The translations under genes were made by a program, and so were the position numbers. From Phallusia mammillata (lineage: Eukaryota), in NCBI GenBank assembly GCA_965637545.1, contig OZ281499.1, positions 4,402,001-4,466,000 on the forward strand: a stretch of DNA of 64,000 nucleotides, in the 5' to 3' direction. The notes beneath the pieces were generated by a model. That model was not told the origin of the DNA, made no database searches, and worked only from the letters and a program-made list of their open reading frames with translations. Shown here piece after piece: positions 1-12,264 of this stretch. Every line of letters begins with the position of its first letter. Positions within the stretch are counted from its first letter, which is position 1.

Positions 1-298
1 TTGATTTGTCTTTGATCAAGTTTTTACAACGTCTGTTGTCGTGTTGGTATGTTTACTTTTCCAAGTAAAACTCAGCTCAGCACAAAATTATCTCGTAAAC
101 ATGTGTGATTTGACAGAGTTTTGTGTTCCTGTTGTGCAAATGATGGGCACCTAACGAGCCTGTAAACAAAATGCTGACGTATTTATCATGTGATATTTGC
201 AAAGTTCTGCTCATTATTCCAACGCTGCATGTCAAGCAATAACCCTGAACTTGTAACACATCATTTAGTTGCAAAGGCAGCAAATCCCAGTTTGCAAA

Positions 299-1575
299 AT
301 GAGTTTGTCGTTAGAAAACGTTCTTGCTTTGTTGAACACAACCATCGAAGTTTCTGATCAAGATTCTGTAGATCCACAAAGACTTTACGAATTTCAAGAA
401 GATTTTCGGGATGAAATTGAGAAACGAGTAGAACGCTTAAGGCATGGAAAGGTATTTTCATTTTCAAGTCTTCAATATTACAAAATTGAGATTGGTGATC
501 TGAACGGAAAACAAATTCTTCGAATGTTGATATCACTCACAAACAACGAAGGGTTGATGAAACCTGGAAATTGTTTCGTGTTTTTTATCAACAACGAACC
601 AGATACTTCACTGACTGTGATTTATCCACACTGGGTTGAACTGAGGAGTGTTTTATCTGTTTCACAGAAACACAGAGGCAATTGGGCTAGAGCATTTGAT
701 GACATAACATGTTTTGAGAGACACAATATACCCGAAAAGTACGTCGGAATGGATTCTGAAACTATTAAATTGTTTCGTTCCACATTGGCGGAACAATATG
801 CAAACTATATGCAAGAAAAAATGACCGAGATAGATCCGCAATATCGGCGATTGTTTATTGGAGTTATGTTTGAAATTGCAAAAGGTCACGTTAGAAGTTG
901 GCTGACTTACAAATACTGGAAGAATTTTCCAAAGGCTTCTCTCATCAAGTTGGCAATTGATTATGGATGCAGCGGAAAATTGCAGACAGTTTTCAATCAC
1001 CATTATTATCATCAGGATGTTGAATTCATTCGAAAAGAAACAAGAAATAAACAGAATCAAGTCAACAAAATTTTACAACAAAAATCTGAATGGCGCATAG
1101 AAGGTGCAAAGGAAATTCTTGATCGGTAAGTCAAACTTATAACTTCATTAAAACCAAAAATATGACTAAAATACTGGTAATACTTTTTAAAAGGCCCATT
1201 ATATTATCACATATAAGCATCTATACGTATAAGTGTGCTGTGATAGTTGGTCCGTATGATTGTCATAGTGTTGATCCAGTTAATAAATAGACATTTATAT
1301 TGTTCATGGCTGAACTGTAGTACAGGAAGCTGTCATGTGCAGCGTAAGAGGCAGGCATGTTAGCTTCCTCAAGTTTGGCTTTGTTAAACATGCCGTTAAA
1401 CCATAATTTATGTGTGAGTGTTCCGTTATCGCTGGTCTGTTGGGGTTACTGTTGTAAGTTAACTTTGTAAAACTGTATTGTTTCTATTAGTGTTTTTCCA
1501 CCAAACGCTGAAGGAACATACGATGAGAATGAAGTGAGACCAATCGCTGATACGATAAGGATGTTCTATGAGTAG
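299..1575 (+). CDS. Array family paralog 1, ~303 aa, uncharacterised; C-terminal module A; divergent copy with its own upstream region
   Basis: Exon 299-1125 (MSLSLENVL...GAKEILD), donor CG|GTAAGT, acceptor TATTAG| at 1490, exon 1491-1575 (R-VFPPNAEGTYDENEVRPIADTIRMFYE*). The ATG aligns with all paralogs. Confidence 0.9.
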
Positions 1576-3161
1576 ACTACGACTAAAATTCTTGAATTGT
1601 GACAGTTAGATACTAAACCTTGTGGACTAGTGTGAACATCGTCTTGAATTATGACTAATCAGAAACTTTTTTGTTTATCTGCTGATGCGTGCTTATAAGA
1701 TGCAGAAATTTATAAATTGGACTTTAAATGAAATAATGTTTTGGTATTTTTGATTCCTTCCCTCCTATCACGTGACGCATAGCTAAGATACAGCATATTA
1801 TGAATGGAAATGTTAAATGGTTTTGATATTCATAAATCAACTAGTTGTGTGACATGACCATAATGAAAACAGATATATGTAAATGTACAAGATTTCGTTG
1901 ATTTTACACACTAAATTGTATGTGCGAGTGTATGTAGATATATATATGTGTGTCGGTGTAAATACGTCATATGTTTGCGCTGTAAATATATGTAGGCCCT
2001 CGTGGCAAATAAGGGGTGTAGAAGCAAACACAAAGGATTTCAAGTTTGTAAAATGGAGAAATTGTACTTGGATACGTGTCCACAGGCTTTTGTTCTACAC
2101 AAAGCTTTGTAATCTTCGTACAACAAATTTTGTTCAAACGCAAGATAATAGTACTACTTTATGAATTTAATGCAACTGAAAAAATAACGTTCTTTTGTAG
2201 CAATAAGCGTGTCATGTAACTTTGTTAAGAAAAGAAATGTTCATTCGATACAGAGTTGTAAGGTAAACCCGAATAGGGGTCGAATCAGAAAGTAGGTTGC
2301 AAAAAGAGAATACCCAACGTTTACCAACTTGAAATTACAGTACAAATATGGTCTTGTGTGAAGTCAGGCCCGAATCAAGCCCGTTTTAATTAAATTGGAG
2401 CCCGAACCCGTCTCGAACGCAGACAACTTACAACTCAGCTGCTAGCCTTATATATGACCAAATTGAGATGGGCGATCTTAGTTCAAACTGAGTCCCAGTA
2501 ATAACCTGTCGCTAAACGACATATTCAGTACGTCTTAGTAATATTCGAAGTTCATTTGGTGGGTCTAAAATGTTCTGGATTTCTGGCGTGAATGCGTTCA
2601 CCATTCTCAATTTTTTTTTTTAAATAACCACAATTTGAGTAGTGTTCAGGGCAACAGTAAACGTTGTGTTAATGGAAGATTTGATGCTAAACCATCTAAA
2701 GCTTCAAATGTAGTCGATGTTTGACAATATACTATACACCGTTTGTAAGCTAAAAGTCTAATTTTATGGCACACGTGGACCATGTGTAAATATTTCCACC
2801 CTTTCCATTTGTCTTGTACATAGTCATCAACGTCAAATTTATACCTATGCTATTTGCTCAGAGGTGACATCGAAATTTTATGAGTTGAAAGAACACCAAG
2901 GTTGAACAGCAAAGATGCCTTGTGTTGAAAGTTTTATGATTTCGAAGGCTTGACATGCGAATGAATTGAAACGCAAAATGTCGCGTAGTCTTACAAATGT
3001 AAAGTGAAATGTGAAACCGGTTTTAAGTTGCCTGTTTCGACAAAGCTATGTAGAGGGCAGTTAGGAAATTGGTCGCCATTAACGAGATAAAAAAGCACCA
3101 TGACTTTGTGTACAAACGTTAATAAATATACTATAGTTAGGTTCTTAGTTTATCTGGGTGA

Positions 3162-3465
3162 GGTTTTCAACGCTCACAATGTGGACATTCCGTCCATTAT
3201 GAGACAAACAACAGATAGAGAAGAACAAATTGCAAATGCTCATAGCAAAAAAGCCGACGGACGTTTGAACGGGGCAGAAATCATCATCGACAAGAAGGTT
3301 GAAGAATTTTAAACAGAACAACAATCTAACAAAAAATTTTTTTATCAATTCGTTATGTTAAACTTTTCTGTTTATCACAGGTTTTTTTCACCCGATGCTG
3401 AAAGAAAATATGACGGTGAAAAAGTGAGACAAGTTGCTGAGGAGATAAAGAAATTTTATGAATGA
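3162..3465 (+). pseudogene. 5'-truncated fragment of the family (C-terminal module C plus last exon)
   Basis: Homology starts at VFNAHNVDIPSIMRQTTDREEQI. The donor is mutated (GACAAGAAGG instead of GACAAGTAAG). Last exon 3381-3465 is degenerate (FFSPDAERKYDGEKVRQVAEEIKKFYE*). Confidence 0.85.
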
Positions 3466-4328
3466 GATATTAAAAATTGTGCGAACATTTTTTGCTGCTC
3501 AAGATTACCCTGTGTGTGTGTGTAAATACGATATATTTGTACTGTAGATTTCAGATCAAATGCCGTAAAAATTATTCTCACGTTGAAATATCAACTGAAA
3601 GGGAACTCCCCATCGGTGTGAGTTAAGTTTTTTCTGTGGTGTGGTTGTCACGCACCGTTGTGACGTCACACAAGGCAGAATCACTGGTGCGTTTCAACTT
3701 CAAACGAAACTCGAAGCAATTTTTCTATATTTTTTCCGTATTTTCCTTAAGTCGTTTTTGTGCAAAATTGCTAAATGATAGTTAAAACTTTTGAATGAGG
3801 CCAAGGGTCGTATGAATAATTGTTATTTCCTGAGCGAAATCGCAGACAACCACAAGGGAACTCCCCCATGTAGTGAGTAAAGTTTCCTTGCGTTTTGTCT
3901 TTCACACATCGATGATACGTCAAAAAAATAATTTGGGAAAGCGGTGTCTACAACTTAATCCAAAATAAAAGTAATGTTGAATAGTTCTGGTTAGCTGATG
4001 GAAAAAGCTTCATTTTGGAAACCATTACGCAAGGAGGCGTGGCGATCGCGTGACATACGTTTAAACTAGTTGATGCAAGGCGAAACAGATGTCAACAATA
4101 CGCCGCTGTATGAGTGGTATTCGAATCTGACGTTAATCAATTGACGTTGACGCTCTGTGAAACGTGACACGACAGTTACGGTGCTGGTTTGTATGTTCAA
4201 CCGTAGCACCAGTAGAGAAGTAACTCATTGTGAATTTAAGGAGCAATTAAAACCGGTGGATTAAATTCCAACCACAAATAAAGTGTCAAAACTAGTAAAC
4301 GGGTTGATAAAAGAACTAGGTTTGCAGA

Positions 4329-5360
4329 ATGTGTTTGTCGTTTCAAAACGTGCTTGATTTATTAAACATATCAATTGAAGTTGGTGATCACGATTCTATA
4401 GATCCACAAAGATTTTCAGATTTTAATGAAACATTTCGAGACGATTTGGAAAAAAGAATGTCGTACTTTCAAAGCCAGAGACGTACGTTTTCGTTTGAAA
4501 ACTTACAATGTTACAAAATTGAGATTGGTGAGCTAAATGGAAAACAAGTTCTTCGAATGTTGATATCACTCACAAACAAAGAAACTTGGATAAAAGATGG
4601 AAATTGTTTCGTGTTTCTTGTCAACAACGAACCAGATACTTCACTGACTGTGTTTTACAGTAAATGCTGTGTCAAAAAGTGTTTTAGCTGAATCTGATGA
4701 AGATAAAGGAAATTGGTCTAAAGCTTTTGATGATAAAACATGTCAGGTGAGGCAAAATGACCCACGTTATGTTGGGTTCGATGACCAAACAATCAAAGAG
4801 TTTTGTTCCATTTTGCCTCAGCAATATTTAAAGTACATGGCGCTAAGAATGGTTGATTTAGAAACAAAATATCGTCGATTGTTTTGGGGAGTTTTGTTCG
4901 AGATAGCAAAGTGTCACGTGAGACATTGGAAAGTACACAAACATTTACATAACTTTCCAACGGCCTCCCTTATTAAGTTAGCAATTGATAATGAATGTAC
5001 TGGAAAGTTGCAGACAGTTTTCAATGATCACAACTTAGATGAGGTCATCAAAAATATCAAAAAACAGGCAGCCAACCACAACGCAAGATTGGATGATGTT
5101 CACCAATACAAAGCACAACTTTGTTTGAAGTGAGCTAAAACAATCATTGATCAGTAGGTTGTTTTTACAGGCTACCAACTTAAGTTGTTTTTTTATTAAC
5201 AAAGAACCTCAGTCGGAGCGTTTGTAGTTTATACAGATATATTTACTGACATTATTTTAACCTTTTTTGTCACAGGATGTTTCCTCCCAATGCTGAAGGA
5301 AAATATGATGCTGAAAATGTGAAACAAACAGCTGATGAGATAAAAAGATTTTATGAATGA
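4329..5360 (+). pseudogene. Paralog 2, disrupted (frameshift ~4660-4690 and premature TGA at 5131); module B
   Basis: ORFs 4329-4691 and 4669-5133 are overlapping halves of the family protein. GGA>TGA replaces the G of GAK. Donor at 5154, last exon 5276-5360. Confidence 0.88.
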
Positions 5361-5690
5361 AATATCAAATACTAACTTGCAGTTTCTTTATAGTGTATAT
5401 AGTAACATATAGCCTTGCAAATATGTACATTGCTTTTAACATTGAATTGTGTCTCTGTATGACAAATTTTAATGTGTAAACATTACAATTTGGAAATTAT
5501 TGTGATGTGTTATAACATATTTTCTGTTCTTAATTTTAGTGATATTTTGAGTGGTTGCTAAATGGTAGTTAACACTTTTTAATGAGGCGCAAGGGTCACA
5601 TGATAAATAATTGTTATTCGACAAGTGAATTTAAACATAACCACAATTTCCCCTCGGCGTGAGTAAACTCTTCAAACAATTGTTATTTGA

Positions 5691-5795
5691 ACTTGGCAGA
5701 ATGGCCCGGCGCGCCTGACCCATATAGAGACATAAAAAACCTGATCGGGATTCGTCCCCGGAAATGTCCTGGGTTCGCACCCCGAGAAAAAAAAA
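5691..5795 (+). mobile_element. Possible tRNA-derived SINE-like insert
   Basis: Interrupts the spacer motif TTATTTGA|TAAGCGAAA seen uninterrupted at ~9497. Has an A-box-like TGGCAGAATGG (5694), a B-box-like GGGTTCGCACCCC (5771) and an A9 tail. No clear TSD. Confidence 0.4.
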
Positions 5796-5829
5796 GATTA
5801 GCGAAATCAGTTATCAGTCACAAACGCAA

Positions 5830-5896
5830 GGGGATTCCCCCTGGGAATGAGTAAGGTTTTCTTGTGCTTCGTCGTTTGCGCCTCGATGTGACGTCA
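5830..5896. promoter_or_regulatory. kB-like site + AP-1-like TGAGTAA + CRE module upstream of paralog 3
   Basis: GGGGATTCCC at 5830, TGAGTAA, and TGACGTCA at 5889. The same arrangement recurs at 9528, 16452, 34549, 37795, 40211, 46274 and 57990. Confidence 0.6.
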
Positions 5897-6344
5897 CACA
5901 AACTGTTCTGTGGCGACACCAAGCGACACAATACTAACTCAGACCTTAAATATGAAAACAAGGTTTTTGGTTTATAATGTAAACGAAATAGGCCAAAAAT
6001 TTTACGCCACTGTGTCGTGTTTGGTTTTCGAGCAATAACTAAGGTTTAAAGAAGTGAAAATCATGTTTAGATAAGAAATTTGCAATACAAATACGTATAA
6101 TATTGACATATGAATACATACTCCTACCACTTTGTATTAATCACTACCTAGTACCAACATTTGCGTTTTATTTTTGTGATATATAAAATTAAACGAGGTT
6201 GTTGTTCCATTTAATCTAAACATTAGTTTGCTAACGAATTAAAAATGTGCTTTAAAAGGAAATCAGAGTCTGCAACATTATATGACTCATTGAGTTTTTT
6301 CATACTGTTTATAATCGTTCGTGATTTAAGCTACCTGTGCCACT

Positions 6345-6370
6345 AGTTTCTGCAAAGCGAAACTGAAGTT
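6345..6370. promoter_or_regulatory. IRF/ISRE-like element AGTTTC-N8-GAAACTGAAGT
   Basis: Conserved with small variations upstream of many paralogs (~17007, 26622, 29545, 35400, 38290, 41368, 47134, 58840). Confidence 0.5.
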
Positions 6371-6653
6371 AATTGTTTGATTGTCACCTCTGTTACAAAG
6401 GTCATAAAAAGATCCTTATCAGAAACAGTATTGCTAACAAAACGACGCCATGTGATTGGTATTTGTTTACGACGACAATTGACATAACAGCGCCTTATTT
6501 TGATACGTGACACGACAGTGACGGCCTTATTGTGAGTCTGACCTTAGTACCTGTAGGTTAAGAACTCAAGTATGGTGCCAAGTCAGTTGAATAAATTCAA
6601 ACTCAAAAGAGAGTACAAAAATTAACACAAGACAATTGAGTTAATTTTGCAGA

Positions 6654-7645
6654 ATGAGTCTGTCGTTTGAAAACGTGCTTGATTTGTTGAACATAACCAT
6701 TAAAGTTGGTCAACTAGATTCTGTAGATCCACAAAGATTTTCGGAATTTGAAGGAACATTTCGAGACGATCTTAGGAGAAGGATTTCCTCTTTTCAAAGC
6801 AATGAACGAAAGTTTTCATTTAAAAATTTACAATTTTATAAAACTGAGATTGGTGAGCTCAACGGAAAACAAGTTCTTCGAATGTTGATATCACTCACAA
6901 ACAACGAAGAGTTGATGAAACCTGGAAATTGTTTCGTGTTCCTCGTCAAGAACAAACCAGATACTTCATTGACTGTACTTCACAGTTATTGTTTTGAACC
7001 ACGAAGTGCTTTGGCTGAATCAGACGAAGATAAAGGCAATTGGGCTAAAGCTTTTGATGACAAAACATGCCAGGACAGGCAAAATGACTCACGTTACGTT
7101 GGGTTGGATGTCCAAACTATCAAAGCGTTTCGCTCACCTTTGAATGAGCATTATTCAAAATACATGCAGGAAAAGGTGGCCACTGTTGAATCGAAATATC
7201 GTCGATTGTTTTTTGGAGTTTTGTTCGAGATCGCAAAGTGTCACGTAAGAAACTGGAAAGTTTACAAATATTTGAAACACTTTCCAACAGCTTCTCTTAT
7301 CAAGTTAGCACTCGATAATGCATGCAGTGGAAAGTTGCAGGCGGTTTTTAACGACCACAATTTGGATATTTCATCCATTATGAGACAAACAAGGAACAGA
7401 GAAGAACAAATTACAAACGTCCACAAGGAAAAAGCCAGACTACGTTTGGAGGGGGCAAAGGTCATCATTGACAAGTAAGTTAAAGAATATTAAAAGGCAC
7501 AATAGGTGAAACAAATCACATCGACAGTTTGGTTTGTTGAAACTTTTATGTTTATCACAGGATTTTTCCACCCAATGCTGAAGGAAAATACGATGGTGAA
7601 AAAGTGAAAAAGGTTGCTGATAAGATAAAGGGATTTTATGAATAG
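6654..7645 (+). CDS. Array family paralog 3, ~301 aa; module C
   Basis: Exon 6654-7474, 86-nt GT-AG intron, exon 7561-7645 (K-IFPPNAEGKYDGEKVKKVADKIKGFYE*). Confidence 0.92.
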
Positions 7646-8576
7646 GCCACAAATTTAAACCATAGATTTGAACTGTAGCGAATATTTATGGTTATCACAA
7701 ATAGTGTGCTTACTAAAAAATATTAACTTATATGTTGTATACCGGTAAAAGCGATTTACCGCTATTTAAATTTTGACAATTCAAGATAAAAGCGATTAAC
7801 GCCACAGTGTAGTTTTACGCACAACTTATTTCTTTTTGCGAATTAGTTATAATTGGAAGCTATATATCATAATGTGTGTGACAGAATGCATTTGCTTGCG
7901 GTTGACTTTTTAGAGGTATTATATACATTGCAGCTGTGCACTTTCATTCCATGTTTTGCTTACAATTAGTTTGTGACTTTGTTTGAATCAATATTTGCTC
8001 GTTTGCTGACTCAGTTTGACTGCTGGTCCTGAATCTTCTTGTGCCTGTGCGTATGTAGGTCCGTACGTGTGCGTAAACACATAAAAACTACATTGTAACT
8101 ACCGTTCAAGGCAAATAAAACATGCCTTTGTATAAATAAAAAAGTATGTGTAAATCTCTGCTGAGGGGACCAGTTGGAGAAGGAAAAGTAGAGGTTTTGG
8201 ATCAAAGTTACAACAAATTACGACAAAGATGTAACTCAAATGGGCCGCTGTAGTTTTGAACAAAGAATTACGTACGAAAAAACCTCACGTCAGAACACTG
8301 TTTTCCATTTCAACCAAAAGGAAAAACCCTTCAGTAAGAGTAAGATTTTTATGTGATTGGATTGTCACGCACCACTGTGACGTCATGCATACCAGGGTCA
8401 CTGGTGTACGACGTCATGTATACCAGAGTTACTTGTAAGATTAAACCTCTGTTACATAGGACCCATGTGAATTATTTTCAGCATGACTAATGTGAACAAT
8501 ACGCCGTTATATAAAAGTATTCGCGCCCTTTACTGTCTGAATTTGCATCAACAACAAAAAAGTTTTTTTGTCACAG

Positions 8577-9203
8577 GATTTTTCCTTCCTCTAGAAAGTC
8601 TAGAGCAGTGGTTCTTAACCGGTGGGAAATTTCCCACTAGTGGGAAATTTAATGTTTTCGGAGGGAAATTATGTAAGCTTTCAAAGAACAGACTCGGGCA
8701 CGAGGGTCAAATCCGGCTTTGAATTAACCGTTGAAAGTTACTAACATTGATTTCATCAAGGTTTACAAGACACATTCAAATCTGTTACATCACAGAGAAG
8801 ACTAAACCATCAATGACTTTGCTATTGTCCGCGAACAAAAGCCTTTCCTTTGTTGATTGTGATGCAATAAATGACTAATGCAAGCAGAGCAGACTCTTTA
8901 GTCTTTAGGATTCCAAAAAGTGTAATCTCTCACAGAAGCACTTTTTAAACTAAATAAGATTGCAGTATACCTTTAGGGTCCAGAGCAAATCGCTCCACAA
9001 AATTATTTCATTTAAAGAATTTTTTTTGTTAACGTAGGGCACAAAACATGATTACAAAAATAACAGAGGGGGGAATTCGAAGTTGGTGATTGACTTTAGT
9101 GGGAAACTACAGCAAAAAGGTTAAGAACCACTGGTCTAGAGGAATATATGATGGTAAAAAAGTGAAACAAGCAGCTGATTTGATAATAAGATTTTATGCA
9201 TGA
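8577..9203 (+). pseudogene. Orphan last exon of the family, split by a hAT MITE
   Basis: Acceptor TGTCACAG| then IFLPLES..., resuming after the MITE as ...RGIYDGKKVKQAADLIIRFYA*. No large exon upstream. Related orphan exons at 43559 and 45896. Confidence 0.75.
8606..9133. mobile_element. Non-autonomous hAT (Charlie/Buster-type) MITE, 528 bp
   Basis: TIRs CAGTGGTTCTTAACC / GGTTAAGAACCACTG; perfect 8-bp TSD GTCTAGAG (8598-8605, 9134-9141). Confidence 0.92.
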
Positions 9204-9527
9204 AATATCAAATTCGAACATTATGATCGCTTGCAGTTACATTTTAATGTTTATATTAGCATAAAACATTGTAGATGTTAACCCTGTGTTTGACTTAGAC
9301 CAAATTTGGCTTGATGAATTGTATCTCTGCGTGTACAAATTATAACGTAAGTTATAAAATTTACAATATTGTAACCAATATGATATTTTATAACATAATT
9401 TCTAAACTATAATTTTTAGTCGTATGTTGTGTATATTGCGAAACGGTAATCAAAACTTTTGAATGAGGCACAAAGGTCACATGACAAATAGTTGTTATTT
9501 GATAAGCGAAAATAAACACAGCCACAC

Positions 9528-9594
9528 GGGAATTCCCCTATGTAGTGAGTAAGGTTTTGTTAAGTTTCGTCGTTCACACATCGATGTGACGTCA
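9528..9594. promoter_or_regulatory. kB + AP-1-like + CRE module
   Basis: GGGAATTCCC (9528), GTGAGTAAGG, TGACGTCA (9587). Confidence 0.6.
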
Positions 9595-11039
9595 CACTTG
9601 CGAGACGCTTTATTCTGTGGCGACACCAAGCGACACAAAATCAACTTATATCTTAACCGTTCAAAGGTTTGAGTTTCATGCTAACGAAACAGGCCAAAAA
9701 CGTCTAGTCGTAGTATCACGTTGTCATTTGAGCAATAAGAAACAACATCAATTTACGCATGGAATTTTTGTACACTTTGTAGAAGTTCGTCTCTTATTAA
9801 AATCGGAACGTTGATTTGCAGTTAAACAGTGACTTTGCGAACAGTGATTTGAGCAAAAAGCGAACCTTATAAGAATCAAAACTATTGGGGTCGATCGCGA
9901 GACTTCAATTTCAATCTACTTGTGCCGTTAAGTTCTGTGAAGCGAAACAAATGTTACTTGATTTTTTTCTCTGTTACAAAGGCCACAAAATAAATCATTT
10001 TCAGCATGACTAATGTTAACAATCCACCGCTATAAAAAAGGTGTTTGTGCCCCGCGATCATTTGAGACAAGACAGTTACGGTGTTGGTTTGTGTGCTTAA
10101 CCTTACCACCTATGGGGAAGGAACTCATTGTGAGAAGGCAATAAATCAGTTTAATAAATTTGAACTGCAAAAACAATACCAAAAGTCGAAAGTTTGCAGA
10201 CTGAGGTTGCAAACCTACTTTCTTTGTTTACCATAAGTTGGTGATCAAGATACAAATCGTTTTCATTTCAGCTGTTTATGTCAATATTTGTGTCGATAAA
10301 TTGGACTTGTTTTCATTATAAACACTTGCAAGTTACGTTTAAATTGCTTTAATCTTAACTTTGCTTATTTCGAAAAAACTAAATAGGCTACTACAGCTTA
10401 AAACAGCTTTTTAAACATCTTAAGAAAGCTTTTGAAATTCAGACATCGTACATTATCTCATTTTGTCAGCAAACAAAACTGCTGAAGTTTAAATTAATTT
10501 GATGTTTGCTATCCAATGTCCGATTTCTGGACTTTAAAGGTTTGATCTGATTTAGATATTTACCCAATGTCATGCTGTTAAAGGATAATTTTAAAACAAA
10601 CAAATTAAGTTCGAAAAAGGCTTTCAAGTATAATATCGCGTGTTTTTGCACCCTGCAAACTAGAAAGGAGGCTAAAGATTGCGTAGTCTCTTAATTGCAA
10701 TACAGGCACTACATTTATATTGTTACAATGATATTAGTCAGTTTGTAACTTAAGTGAGTAAACGTTTAGCATAACTTTGTTCACACATTTTTTTTGCAGA
10801 AGAATTGGTGTGGGTTCATAAAACCACATTTATTCGATTACCGGTGTTTGTTCGTAACACGTGATTATTGAATTACAAACGGAATACATCAGTTACTTTG
10901 TTGGTTTGGGTGCTTAACCCTACCAACTGTGGGTGAGCTCCTCATTGTAAATGTGATAAGCCACCAAACTCAGTTGAATAAGTTCAAAGTCTAAATACAG
11001 CAACAAATTTGGAAACAGACAAAGAGTTAAGTTTGCAGA

Positions 11040-12264
11040 ATGAGTTTGTCGTTTGAAAACGTGCTTGATTTGATGAACATAACCCTTAAAGTTGGTGATC
11101 AAGATTCTGTAAATCCAAAGAGGTTTTCCGATTTTCAAGGAGCTTTTCGGGACGACCTCGAATCAAGAATTCCACGCTTTGCAAATAAAGGACAAATGTT
11201 TGCATTTGATCATCTACAGTTTTACAAAATTGAGATTGGTGATTTTAACGGAAAACAAGTTCTCCGAATGTTGATATCACTTACAAACAACAAAGAGTTG
11301 ATGAAACCTGGAAATTGTTTCGTGTTTCTTGTCAACAACGAACCAGACAATTCACTGACTGTGCTGCAAAGTTATTGTTTCGAAGGACGAGGTGTTTCGG
11401 CTGAATCTGGAGAAGAAAGAGGTTTGTTTGCAAGAGCGTTTGATGACAAAACGTGTTTCAAGCGTCAAAAGAACCCTGAGTTTGTCGGCTACGATTCAAA
11501 AACGCTTGAAAAATTTCGTTTCACTTTATCTGAGCAATATGAGATATACATGCAACAGAAGATGTCCAATTTGGAACCAAAATATCGTCGATTGTTTTGG
11601 GGAGTTTTGTTCGACAAAGCCAAATGTCACGTGATCAGCTGGAAAGTACACAAATATATAAAAAACTTTCCAAAAGCCTCCTTTGTCAAATTAGCACTTG
11701 ATAATGGATGTAGTGGAAAGTTGCAGGCGGTTTTTAACGACCACAATTTGAATGAGGACATTGAAAATATAAAAAAACAGGCTGCTAACAAAAGCTCAAG
11801 CCTAGATGAAGTTCACCAATACAAAGCAGATCTTCGTTTGAAAGGAGCTAAAACAATCATTGATCGGTGAGTAAACAGAATACCAACGTTTGTTTGCATA
11901 TCTAGCTTCCATGTACTAAAAGGTAACATCAATCAGAGTGTTTGTACATCCATAACTACTGGCATTATTCAAACAAATGACTTGATTACAAATGTATGTG
12001 TGTTTATTTGTGATTATCAATTTGAAATAAGCCTTTTACTTTTCAAAAACAAAAATTATACAAAAATCAATGAAATTTAATTTGCGGTTAGTTCGCTGAT
12101 GCAACAAACCGACGCAGACTTTTAATTAAGCGAATATGCATAAACATGTTTATTTAAATTTCATTTTGTTTTGTCTCAGGATTTTTCCTCCCAATGCTGA
12201 AGGAAAATACGATGACGAAAAAGTAAGACAAGTTGCTGATGAGATGAAGAAATTTTACGAATGA
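11040..12264 (+). CDS. Array family paralog 4, ~303 aa; 'LMNITLK' N-type, module B
   Basis: Exon 11040-11866, donor CG|GTGAGT, 313-nt intron, exon 12180-12264. Confidence 0.92.

Noticed and set aside
2251-2438. Inverted repeat CAGAGTTGTAAG...CTTACAACTCAG with CCCGAA motifs
   Set aside because: Probably a decayed DNA transposon (related sequence near 13720 and 20230), but there is no TSD, so boundaries cannot be supported.
5332-5345. CTGATGA in the last exons as further hammerhead cores
   Set aside because: It is the coding sequence for A-D-E and lacks stem II and a properly placed GAAA.
7476-7478. Stop codon immediately after the large exon as a real gene end
   Set aside because: The TAA/TGA is part of the GTAAG/GTGAG donor, and a conserved in-frame 85-nt exon with an AG acceptor follows every copy.
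11025-11042. GTTTGCAG|AATG as a cis- or trans-splice acceptor before the start codon
   Set aside because: The upstream sequence is purine-rich with no pyrimidine tract, and the AG is lost in some intact copies (26938, EEVL clade). A Kozak -3 A explains most of the conservation. Not excluded without cDNA.
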